Below, piece after piece: positions 8,265 through 16,619 of a DNA stretch of 64,000 nt. Position 1 is the stretch's first letter; every line of letters starts with the position of its first letter. A program made the translations under genes and the position numbers. The stretch is from Candidatus Eiseniibacteriota bacterium (lineage in GTDB: Bacteria > Eisenbacteria > RBG-16-71-46 > CAVPCR01): contig CAVPCR010000003.1 of NCBI GenBank assembly GCA_963702435.1, positions 438,599-502,598 on the forward strand, read 5' to 3'. The notes under the pieces were generated by a model. That model ran no database searches and had not been told where the DNA came from. It was given only the letters and a program-made list of their open reading frames with translations.

Positions 8265-10252
8265 TGGTAGATCCTACCTGACACCGCCACGAGCGCGGTG
8301 GATGGCAAGACCCCCTGTCAAACCGTGCATGCGGTTTTCCCGCACACGGCTTACGGATGAGGTCTCGGGTCGGGGCATTACGCGACTACCGGGTACTGAA
8401 CGGTCCCGCGCAGGCGGTAGAGCCCATGCTGATGGAAGAAGTCACGCGTCCAACGGTCGAACTCGCCCGCGCGTAGATGACGACCTTTCCGCTGCACAAG
8501 GAAGTGGCGGAGGCGCGTCCACACGTACGTATCGACCTGGTTGAACTTGCGTGCGGCATTCCCGGTCCGGAAGTAGTTGGCCCAGCCACGTAGCACTGGG
8601 TTCAGATCGCGGATCAAGACCCGCACATCCTTCACCCCGTGGCGCGCGCGACCGGTCAACACCTTCACCCGCTGCCGCAGCCGCTTCATGCTGCGCTGAG
8701 ATGGCCAACGCTGGAGAAAGTAGAGACGCTTGCGCTCCTTCTCCCAGATCGGCCCGCTCAACCGTTTCCGCAGGTGGCAGCCTAGGAAGTCGAAGCCCTG
8801 CTTGCCCCAGCTCAGCTCCACTCGCCTCGTCTTCTCCGGGTGTAGCTCCAAGCCGAGTCGCGTCAGGATCTCCCGCACGCGCCGCTCCGCTTCTGTGCAC
8901 GCCGACCTCGTGCGACACATCACCACAAAGTCGTCCGCATAGCGCACCAACATGCCCAGATGGCCATACTGGCGCTCCCACGCCGTGTCCAGAACGTTGA
9001 GGTAGATGTTCGACAGCAGGGGCGAGATGACCCCACCCTGGGGTGTCCCCGAGAGAGTCCCCTGCACCTTGCCGTCTTCCATCACCCCGGCCCGCAGCCA
9101 CTGCCGCAACAGCTTGAGCACCCGCCGGTCCGTGACTCGGCGCGCGACAAGCTTCAGCAGCTTGTCGTGGTCGATCTGCCCGAAGTAATTGCGGATATCC
9201 GCGTCGAGCACGTGGTTGCCACCCTGGGCCCCAAGCTTGCGCAGGGTCTCCAGTGCGTCCGTGGCGCTCCGCCGCGGCCGGAACCCATACGAGCACGGAC
9301 GGAAGTCCGCCTCGAAGATCGGTTCCAGCACCAGCTTCGCCGCCGCCTGTACCACGCGATCGCGGACCGTCGGGATCCCCAGCGGTCGCTGCTTCCCATC
9401 AGCCTTCGGGATATACCGGCGCAGCACCGCTACTGGCCGGTATCGTCCTGCGCGCAGGACGGCACCGAGCTCTTCCAGGAAGTGCTCGACTCCGTACTGC
9501 TCGATCGCGGTCAGGGTCTGGGCATCGATCCCCGCCGCGCCGCGGTTCTGCTTCACCCGTTTCCACGCTTCCCGGAGGACGTCACTCCTCCAGATGCGGT
9601 CGTACAACGCGTGGAAACGGCGTCCCGGCTGCCGCTTGGCCGCCGCCCACAGCCGACGCTGGAGTTGTCGTACTTTGTCGATGGGCTTACGCCCATCGGG
9701 GTGTTTGGGTCCGGTCTTGCCGGCCATGCCCTCGCGCTTACCTCCAACTTCGGCTTCCCCAAACCAGGGGCCCTTCCCTCCGGTCGCGTTGTTCTGCACG
9801 ACCTTCCTCGGTACTACGGCCCCCTCGGACTCCCGCTGCGCGGCGCTCGACTTCACCTTCGGCTTATACGAGCCGCTTTGCCCCGACCTGGGCTGCGCAG
9901 ACGGGCCTCTCCTGTTCCACACCAAGCCTTGAGTACGTGCTGTGCCCCATGCCCCGGCGGGACCCATGGCGTCTTCTCTCCCGGACTTCAACCCCATGGA
10001 CGTGGCCTTCGCCGCGACATGCTCGGCTCGGCTCCCGCATTGTTCATCTGTCGAGGCGGCAGGCTTCACTTCATGTTGCGGACCGCACTCTTGCTCCCTC
10101 CGTAGAGGCTTTCGACGCCCCGCTCGGGCCGCGGGGATCTCTCCCTGCGCCGGGGGCCTGCTACCAGCTGCTCCGGTGCCTGGCTGGGCGGGACTTGCAC
10201 CCGCTGGTTCGGTGTAGCTCGGACGGCTTACTGCCCATCCTTCAGGACGCAC
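8263..10252 (-). mobile_element. group II intron (ribozyme plus RT ORF)
   Basis: 5' GTGCG at 10252; domain V AAGCCGTGTGCGGGAAAACCGCATGCACGGTTT; domain VI hairpin with bulged A ending ...GATCTACCAAT; 5' boundary may be 10253. Confidence 0.9.
8378..9727 (-). CDS. ltrA: group II intron reverse transcriptase/maturase without an endonuclease domain
   Basis: RPLGIPTVRDR, GFRP, GTPQGGVISPLLSNIYL, YADD, FDFLG and maturase LNPVLRGWANYF; start placed at MAGKTG (uncertain). Confidence 0.95.
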   Translation of the reverse strand: MAGKTGPKHPDGRKPIDKVRQLQRRLWAAAKRQPGRRFHALYDRIWRSDVLREAWKRVKQNRGAAGIDAQTLTAIEQYGVEHFLEELGAVLRAGRYRPVAVLRRYIPKADGKQRPLGIPTVRDRVVQAAAKLVLEPIFEADFRPCSYGFRPRRSATDALETLRKLGAQGGNHVLDADIRNYFGQIDHDKLLKLVARRVTDRRVLKLLRQWLRAGVMEDGKVQGTLSGTPQGGVISPLLSNIYLNVLDTAWERQYGHLGMLVRYADDFVVMCRTRSACTEAERRVREILTRLGLELHPEKTRRVELSWGKQGFDFLGCHLRKRLSGPIWEKERKRLYFLQRWPSQRSMKRLRQRVKVLTGRARHGVKDVRVLIRDLNPVLRGWANYFRTGNAARKFNQVDTYVWTRLRHFLVQRKGRHLRAGEFDRWTRDFFHQHGLYRLRGTVQYPVVA

Positions 10253-10445
10253 CATGCGCGTGAAGGATACCAGATGCGCCGGGCCGCTGAGCACTCTCGG
10301 CGCCCACCTGCGGCGGCTAAGGATCCGGCGCCCGCCTCACGATAACGGAAGCAGGCCGACCCCCGGCCGTCCCGCGCCGGCGCGGGCATCTCATCCTGAG
10401 ATGCCTGCCGCTTCCGAGCACCCCAACACCAGACGAGAGGGCGCG

Positions 10446-10955
10446 ATGCCCCGCACCCTGAGCCGAGCGAAGCCGCTGCCCCAGCCCCTGCGCACGTTCT
10501 CCCCGCAGCCGGGCGGGCTCGTCGACGTGGCGCTCAAGACCGAGCTCACAAGCTCCTACCGCGAGATCCCGCGCCTGCGCGAGTGGCTCGGACATGTGGC
10601 CGAGATCACCGAGATGGCACCGGCCGATCTCTTCGAGTTCCGCCTGGCCGCGATCGAGACCTTCATTCACATGGTGGAGCATGCGTATCAGGGGGACGAG
10701 CGAGGGACGATCAAGGTGACGTTGCTCGTACGCGACCCCGAGGTGCGTCTCGTGCTGCGTGATTACGGGCAGAAGATCGTGCCGCTCTCCGAGGAGCGGA
10801 ACCGGGTACCCGGGGGACGCGGCGCCGACCTCTTCCTGATCCAGCGACTCGCTGACGAGGTCAAGTTCCACACCTCGTTGCCGCGAGGCACCGCGGTCGA
10901 GATCATGAAGCGCCTCGACCGCTCTCCGGCGGGCCGCGCGGATCTGCCGCGCTGA
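10446..10955 (+). CDS. RsbW-like anti-sigma factor / HATPase_c protein (degenerate)
   Basis: LAAIETFIHMVEHAY, LRDYG, GGRG..LFLIQRLADEV, GTAVEIMK. Confidence 0.75.
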   Translation: MPRTLSRAKPLPQPLRTFSPQPGGLVDVALKTELTSSYREIPRLREWLGHVAEITEMAPADLFEFRLAAIETFIHMVEHAYQGDERGTIKVTLLVRDPEVRLVLRDYGQKIVPLSEERNRVPGGRGADLFLIQRLADEVKFHTSLPRGTAVEIMKRLDRSPAGRADLPR

Positions 10956-10998
10956 GCCGCCGCGCCGCCCCGACGGATCGGGCCGGGCGCCGCCTGGC

Positions 10999-11406
10999 TC
11001 AGGTGGACACGCCTCCCAGCGTCGTCCCGGCTCCCTTGCGCAGCTTCTCGGCCGCGGGCGCCGCTTCGCCCTCGCTCGGCCTGAACGTGTGGTGGCACTC
11101 GCGGCAGGTGATGAAGACGTGGTTCTCCGCGGCCGTCTGCCGCAGCGTAAAGCTCAGCGCGTAGCCGGCGGTGCGACAGCGCGGGCAGCGGACCGCAAGC
11201 AGCGACAGCCCTGCATGTTCGCGGAACTCGAGCGCCGAGGACCCGCTCGGTGTCACCTCGTAGAGCCGATGACAGGCCGGGCACACGGCGAACACGAGCT
11301 CGCTCTCCGCCTCGAGCTCGAGACGCAGGGCGAGTTCGAGCCCGACGTTCTCGGGACAGAGCGGGCAAGCCAGATGCGCGAGGTCGCGGGCGAACTGGTG
11401 CGACAT
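10999..11406 (-). CDS. double zinc-ribbon protein
   Basis: Four CxxC pairs (CPLC, CPAC, CPRC, CREC); GGAGG RBS. Confidence 0.65.
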   Translation of the reverse strand: MSHQFARDLAHLACPLCPENVGLELALRLELEAESELVFAVCPACHRLYEVTPSGSSALEFREHAGLSLLAVRCPRCRTAGYALSFTLRQTAAENHVFITCRECHHTFRPSEGEAAPAAEKLRKGAGTTLGGVST

Positions 11407-11507
11407 GAAGTCCCTCCGCTCGGAGTGACGGGGACCTCTCCAGCGCACGACGGGGGCAGGGAGGTTATCACGGGCCCGGGGCCGCGTCGAGCGCCGGGGC
11501 TTCGGCC

Positions 11508-12887
11508 TCAGCGCCGCGACGTGTCGCCCGGCGCGACCCGGGCGACCGCGATCGGGGGGTCCTGCTGCAGAAGCGCCTCGCCCGGGCTCCCGAGCCGCCC
11601 GAGCCGGGTGCCCGGGTAATAGTGCGCGAGGATGGCTGCACGATCATGACCCGCAGTCGCCATGGCGAGAGCCCCGGACTGGCAGAGGCCGACGCCGTGC
11701 CCGTTCCCGCGGCCCCGCACCACCACGGCTTCCACGCGACCTTCCGCGTGCACCACCTCTACATCGAACAAGGTCGAGCGCAGGATGGTTCCCCCGGGGC
11801 GGCGGAGCACCCAGCGAATGCGGTCACCCCGCTCACCGCCGAGCCGGTGCTCGCGTCCCCCGGCGCTGACGGTGAGGACGCGCACGCGCCCGGAGGAGTT
11901 GCGCGCCGTGACGCGCACGTCTTCGAGCTCTCCGGAGGGCGCCGGACCCGGGAACTCCGCGGTCATGGTGCGGGCGAGGAGCGCCACGAACTCGGGCCCC
12001 GTCCACCGCTCCTCCCAGCGGTAGTGTCTCGCCTCCCGGCAGAGATCCGCTCCGTTCAGCCGATCCGGATGCGCCCGCAGGTAGGGTTCCGGCGGCAGGG
12101 CCCAGGTCTCCTCGACCGCGGCCGCCATACCGCCGCAAGCCGCCGAGTAGTAGGCGCCGATCAGGACGCCATTGTGCGTGGCGACGAGCGCCGCGGTCGC
12201 TTGGACGGAGCGGCCGGCATCCGGCCGCTCCGCCGAGAGTCCGCCATAAGCCTGATCCCGGACGTCGCCGTAGAGGTCGAACCCGAGCTCGGTCCACCGT
12301 CCGAGATGAGCGACGGCATACGTGCGCGCGGCGATCGCCTGGGCTTCGACGGCGGCCTGGGCATTCGCGCCCGGCGACCCGATCTCGAGCGGTACTACCC
12401 CGCGCAGGTAGTCCTCGAGCTCGACCTCGTTGACCGCCGTGAGTCGGCCGCGGGCATCGGCGAACACCGTGATGGACCCACGATACGCAACGCCGTCGAG
12501 GGCGATCGGCGAGCCGGTTGCGGCCGCGCGCAGCCTGAGCGTGTCCACGATCGTCCGCGGCGCGGCTCCGACCGGCGCGACGGCGATCGCCCCGCCACCC
12601 GCCCCGGTCAACTGCAGGCGGCGGAAGCGCCCGATCACCTCTGCACCCCGCTCGAGCACGAGCGGGTCCGCGCTCGTGGCGAGCAGCGAATCGCGCTGGA
12701 CGGCAACCCCGATCCGGAGCGGTCGATCGGGCGCGACTGGAAGGCGGGCCGGCGGCGGTGCTTCCGCCGGCACCGGCCTCCGGCCGGCACAGCCGGCCAC
12801 GGCGCCGGCGAGAACGACGATGACCAGGGCGCAGCGCACGAACGCGCGCCGGCGCTCCGGCCCGCAACCTGCGGCCCGCGGCCTCAA
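11508..12887 (-). CDS. SpoIID/LytB domain lytic transglycosylase, likely a lipoprotein
   Basis: VNEVELEDYLRGVVPLEI, AQAIAARTYA, GRGNGHGVGLCQSGA, ILAHYYPG; AVAGC lipobox. Confidence 0.9.
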   Translation of the reverse strand: MRPRAAGCGPERRRAFVRCALVIVVLAGAVAGCAGRRPVPAEAPPPARLPVAPDRPLRIGVAVQRDSLLATSADPLVLERGAEVIGRFRRLQLTGAGGGAIAVAPVGAAPRTIVDTLRLRAAATGSPIALDGVAYRGSITVFADARGRLTAVNEVELEDYLRGVVPLEIGSPGANAQAAVEAQAIAARTYAVAHLGRWTELGFDLYGDVRDQAYGGLSAERPDAGRSVQATAALVATHNGVLIGAYYSAACGGMAAAVEETWALPPEPYLRAHPDRLNGADLCREARHYRWEERWTGPEFVALLARTMTAEFPGPAPSGELEDVRVTARNSSGRVRVLTVSAGGREHRLGGERGDRIRWVLRRPGGTILRSTLFDVEVVHAEGRVEAVVVRGRGNGHGVGLCQSGALAMATAGHDRAAILAHYYPGTRLGRLGSPGEALLQQDPPIAVARVAPGDTSRR

Positions 12888-14035
12888 CGCGTTCTTCTCC
12901 GCGGGTCGCCCGGGCGGGCGCCAGGCGTGAAGGAACCCAGCACGGTCGGGCGCCGCGCGCCGGTGACCGACGGGAAGGCGCCGCTCCGCCCCGCGAGATG
13001 AGCCCAGGCCAGCACGGCGAAGGCGATCGCCTCCTTGGCATCGGGATCGATGCCGTAGTGCGCGCTCGTCACGATCTCGACCGCGGGGAGGGCGGAGCGC
13101 AGGCCGTCGATGAGGGCCGGATTGTGCACGCCGCCGCCCGCGGCCACCACGCGCGCGACCTGCGCGGCAGCGAGAGGGCGGGCGATCGTCTCGATGCTGA
13201 GCGCGGTCGCGGTGGCCACGAGATCGTCTGCCGCAACGCTGCGCTCGCGCGCCGCGGCGAGGAGCCGCTCTCCATAGGCCTCTCCGAACTCGGCGCTGCC
13301 CGCCGACTTGGGCGGCGGCAGCGCGAAGTAGGGATCGCGGAGGAGCGACGCCAGGAGCGCCTGATCCACGCGACCTCGGCGCGCCCGCCGGCCGTCGCGA
13401 TCGATCGCCTCCGCCCCTCCGGTCAGGCTACGGATGAGCCCGTCGATCACCATGTTGGCGGGGCCGGTGTCGAAGGCGGTCGGCGGCGCCGGGTGCGCGG
13501 CCGGCGAGAGCAGCGTCACGTTGGCGATGCCGCCCAGGTTGAGCGCCGCCACCGGCACGTGCGGGTCGGTGAAGAGGAGTGCATCCACGAAGGGCACGAG
13601 CGGTGCGCCCTGGCCCCCGGCGGCGAGATCGCGTGCGCGAAAGTCGCTCACCACGGCGAGCCCCGTGCGCTCGGCGAGAACGGCTGCCGAGCCGAGCTGC
13701 ACGCTCACGCCGCGCGCCGGGTCATGGGCCACGGTCTGACCGTGGGAGCCGATCGCCTCGACCGCCGCTTCCCGCCCGGCCGGGCGGGCGAGAAGCGCGC
13801 TCGCCGCCTCGGCGAAGGCCTCGCCCACCAGGATGTGGAGATGGCCGAGCTCGGCCGCCGGGAGCGGTGTCCCCGCGGCGGCGCGCCGGAGCGCGACCAG
13901 GAGCGCGTCGGGATACGGGGTGACGAGGAAATCGAGGGTCTCGACGCCAAGCCCCCGTTCCTCCGCCGTGAGGCGGACGAGCGCCGCATCGATCCCGTCC
14001 ATCGACGTGCCCGACATGAGACCGATCGCGATCAC
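12884..14035 (-). CDS. anmK: anhydro-N-acetylmuramic acid kinase
   Basis: IGLMSGTSMDGID, GSHGQT, DFRARDLAAGGQGAPLVP, NLGGIANVT, FDTGPAN, KEAIAFA. Confidence 0.95.
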   Translation of the reverse strand: MIAIGLMSGTSMDGIDAALVRLTAEERGLGVETLDFLVTPYPDALLVALRRAAAGTPLPAAELGHLHILVGEAFAEAASALLARPAGREAAVEAIGSHGQTVAHDPARGVSVQLGSAAVLAERTGLAVVSDFRARDLAAGGQGAPLVPFVDALLFTDPHVPVAALNLGGIANVTLLSPAAHPAPPTAFDTGPANMVIDGLIRSLTGGAEAIDRDGRRARRGRVDQALLASLLRDPYFALPPPKSAGSAEFGEAYGERLLAAARERSVAADDLVATATALSIETIARPLAAAQVARVVAAGGGVHNPALIDGLRSALPAVEIVTSAHYGIDPDAKEAIAFAVLAWAHLAGRSGAFPSVTGARRPTVLGSFTPGARPGDPRRRTR

Positions 14036-14061
14036 GCTTTACCTCCCGCGCGCCCCAAACA

Positions 14062-14088
14062 AGAACGTGCCCCGGTGGGGCACGTTCT
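14062..14088 (-). terminator. intrinsic terminator-like hairpin after the TPR gene
   Basis: 12-bp perfect stem AGAACGTGCCCC/GGGGCACGTTCT followed by TGTTT on the minus strand. Confidence 0.6.
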
Positions 14089-14126
14089 CCCGAGTCAGGT
14101 CCTGCGCTCGGCTGCCGGCGAGCGAG

Positions 14127-15410
14127 CTACTTCTGCGGCGGGAAGGTCACCTCGCCCCGCTTCTGGCCGCCGTAGAAGGCGATCGCCTGGCCCTGCGACC
14201 AGTAGAAGGCGGAGTCCATGTTGTTGCCGCTCGAGTCGGTGTAGGTGCGGAACTCCTCCGGCTGACCCTTCTCCCCGATCACCTTGCCGAGATCGGACCC
14301 CGCGTACTTCGGCGTCGCCTTCAGGCTGTCCGCGCTCGCCGCCTTGCCCTTGGCGAGACCGTTGTAGATGATGATGTAGCTCTCGGACTTGGCCACATCG
14401 CCCGACATGCGGATGATGTTGGCCTTGAGCCGGTAGCCGTCGGCATCGCGCGGACCGGCGGCGATGAACTGATCGCAGTACTCGCCGGCCTTCGCATAGT
14501 CCCTGGCCTCGATCTCGAGCATGCTCAGCTGGTAGTACACCGCGAGCTTGTCTTCGGTGGTCTCCGCCTGGCCAAGAAACCGGGTGAGATTGTCGCGCGC
14601 CGGCGCGATCTTCGTCGAGTCCCCGGCGAAGGCGAGCTGCGCAGAGGATGCCCCGATCTGATACTGGACGTTCGGATCTCCGGGTTTCACCTGGTCGACC
14701 TGCTCGTACCAGGCGATCGCCTCGCTGAACAGCCGCGTCCGTGCCGAGTCCTCCTTCACCTTGCCCGCTTCCTTGAACTTGGCGTCCGCCTGTTCCTGGT
14801 ACGCATTGACGAGGTTGGTCTTGAGTCCCTCGTGATCAGGACAGGCGGTGAGCCCGGCCTTCAGCACCGGGATCGCATCGGCCTGCCGACCGAGCTTGCT
14901 CAGCGCCGAGCCCTTGATGTTGTAGGCCTTGCAGCTGTCGGGAGCGATGAGGATGGCGATGTCCGCCTCGGTCATCGCCGGGTCGTACGCCTCCTTCTTG
15001 AAGTAGTCGAGCGACTTGTTGTAGTGGTCGACCCAGAAGGAGCCGCGGTTGTTGACGACCTTCTCGCGGTCCTTCCCCTCCGAGTTCTTGATCGCCTGGT
15101 CGAAGTAGCAGCCCGACTCCTGGAACTTCTCCATCTCGGCGGCCAGCATGCCCATGAACATGTTCCATTCCCACTGGTCGGGCACGCCGCAGAGGGCCAG
15201 GTGGCCCTGCGCGTACGCCTTGTCGAGCACTTCCTTGTCCGGGGGCTTGGTGGCGTGCGCCACCCCCCAGTAGGACTTGAGCGAGCGGCCGTGCAGCTTG
15301 GGATCTTCCACCTGCGCCCCGGCGCAGGGCTGGCAGACGTCGGCGCGCAGGTCACCCCCGAGGAGCACGAGCGCGGCCACGACAAGGAGTCCGAGCCACA
15401 TCCCTTTCAT
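14127..15410 (-). CDS. secreted tetratricopeptide-repeat protein
   Basis: Signal peptide MKGMWLGLLVVAALVLLG and helical TPR-like repeats (AYNIKGSALSKLGRQADAI). Confidence 0.75.
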   Translation of the reverse strand: MKGMWLGLLVVAALVLLGGDLRADVCQPCAGAQVEDPKLHGRSLKSYWGVAHATKPPDKEVLDKAYAQGHLALCGVPDQWEWNMFMGMLAAEMEKFQESGCYFDQAIKNSEGKDREKVVNNRGSFWVDHYNKSLDYFKKEAYDPAMTEADIAILIAPDSCKAYNIKGSALSKLGRQADAIPVLKAGLTACPDHEGLKTNLVNAYQEQADAKFKEAGKVKEDSARTRLFSEAIAWYEQVDQVKPGDPNVQYQIGASSAQLAFAGDSTKIAPARDNLTRFLGQAETTEDKLAVYYQLSMLEIEARDYAKAGEYCDQFIAAGPRDADGYRLKANIIRMSGDVAKSESYIIIYNGLAKGKAASADSLKATPKYAGSDLGKVIGEKGQPEEFRTYTDSSGNNMDSAFYWSQGQAIAFYGGQKRGEVTFPPQK

Positions 15411-15536
15411 CTTCGATCTCCCGGCGCGGGCACGGGGCCTTGCGCGTGCCGTCGCCAAGTCGATTGAGGCCTGAGCGAGAACCCCCGATTCGGGTGGCCG
15501 CCTCGCCCTGCGCGATCTGAGCCAAAACCGTCCGGC

Positions 15537-15572
15537 AGGTTACGCATCTCCTCCGAGCTTGTCAATACAAGC
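15537..15572 (-). promoter_or_regulatory. sigma-70 promoter with a palindromic operator over the -35
   Basis: TTGACA-N17-TAACCT; palindrome GCTTGT-caat-ACAAGC at 15557-15572. Confidence 0.65.
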
Positions 15573-15643
15573 GGATAGCGGCAGGGGTTCCAAGCGACAG
15601 GTCGGGCTTTGCCGGGCGCCCGCGCGCCGGCCGAGCCGCCGGT

Positions 15644-16585
15644 TCACGAGCACTCCTCCCCCAGCGCGCGGCGCACGAAGCCGGCCGCCGCGGCGAGCCT
15701 GCGCTCGGCCTCCTCCCGCGCCACACCCAGGCGGCCGATCACGATGGCGACCTTCACGTTGCCTCCAGCCGCCGCCAGAAGTTGCGCCGCGCTGTCGTAA
15801 TCCACGCGGCACGACATCATGACAAGCCGCTTGGCCCGCTCCGCGAGCTTCCGCGACGTGGCGCGGAGATCGACCATCAGATTCCCGTAGACCTTGCCCA
15901 GCCGGACCATCACGGTGGTCGAGATCATGTTGAGGATGAGCTTCTGCGCGGTGCCCGACTTCATCCGCGTCGAGCCCATGATCACTTCGGGACCGAGGAC
16001 CGGCGTGATGGCGACATCCACCGGGAGATCGGCATCCGGTCCCGCCCCCGAGGCGTTCATGGCGATGAGCACGGTGGCCGCGCCGACGGCGCGCGCGTGC
16101 GCGAGGGCGGCCACGACGAATGGTGTACGGCGGCTCGCAGCAAGACCGACGACGACGTCGCGGGCCGCGACCCCGCGCGCGGCGAGGGCCGCCGGCGCTT
16201 CCGCCGCGGCATCCTCCGCTCCTTCCACGGCGCCGACGAGTGCCGGTGGGCCGCCGGCGAGCACGCCCTGCACGAGCTCGGGATCCGTGCCGAAGGTGGG
16301 CGGACATTCCGCGGCGTCGAGAACACCGATCCGTCCCGAGGTGCCCGCTCCGACGTAGAAGAGGCGACCGCCGCCAGAGATCCGGTCCACGATGAGCTCG
16401 ACCGCGCGCGCGATGGCGGCGAGTTCGCGTCGCACCGCGTGCGCCACGGTCGCGTCCTCGTCATTGATGAGGGCGAGGATCTCCGCGACGGAACGGCGAT
16501 CCAGATCGGCGGTGCGCGGGTTCACCGCCTCGGTGGTGAGACCCGTGAGCTCGGCGAAGATCTCGCGATCGCTCTGGTCCGGCAT
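15644..16585 (-). CDS. murQ: N-acetylmuramic acid 6-phosphate etherase
   Basis: TEAVNPRT, GAGTSGRIGVLDAAECPPTFG, GPEVIMGSTRMKSGTAQKLILNMIST, GKVYGNLMVD. Confidence 0.95.
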   Translation of the reverse strand: MPDQSDREIFAELTGLTTEAVNPRTADLDRRSVAEILALINDEDATVAHAVRRELAAIARAVELIVDRISGGGRLFYVGAGTSGRIGVLDAAECPPTFGTDPELVQGVLAGGPPALVGAVEGAEDAAAEAPAALAARGVAARDVVVGLAASRRTPFVVAALAHARAVGAATVLIAMNASGAGPDADLPVDVAITPVLGPEVIMGSTRMKSGTAQKLILNMISTTVMVRLGKVYGNLMVDLRATSRKLAERAKRLVMMSCRVDYDSAAQLLAAAGGNVKVAIVIGRLGVAREEAERRLAAAAGFVRRALGEECS

Positions 16586-16619
16586 CGGCGATCCGTCGAA
16601 CCTTCCCGGCTCCCCCGCG

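Noticed and set aside
8378..10294. 638-aa RT ORF considered as a retron, DGR or novel RT fusion
   Set aside because: The N-terminal extension is read-through of ribozyme domains I-IV; domains V/VI and the maturase domain identify an ordinary group II intron RT.
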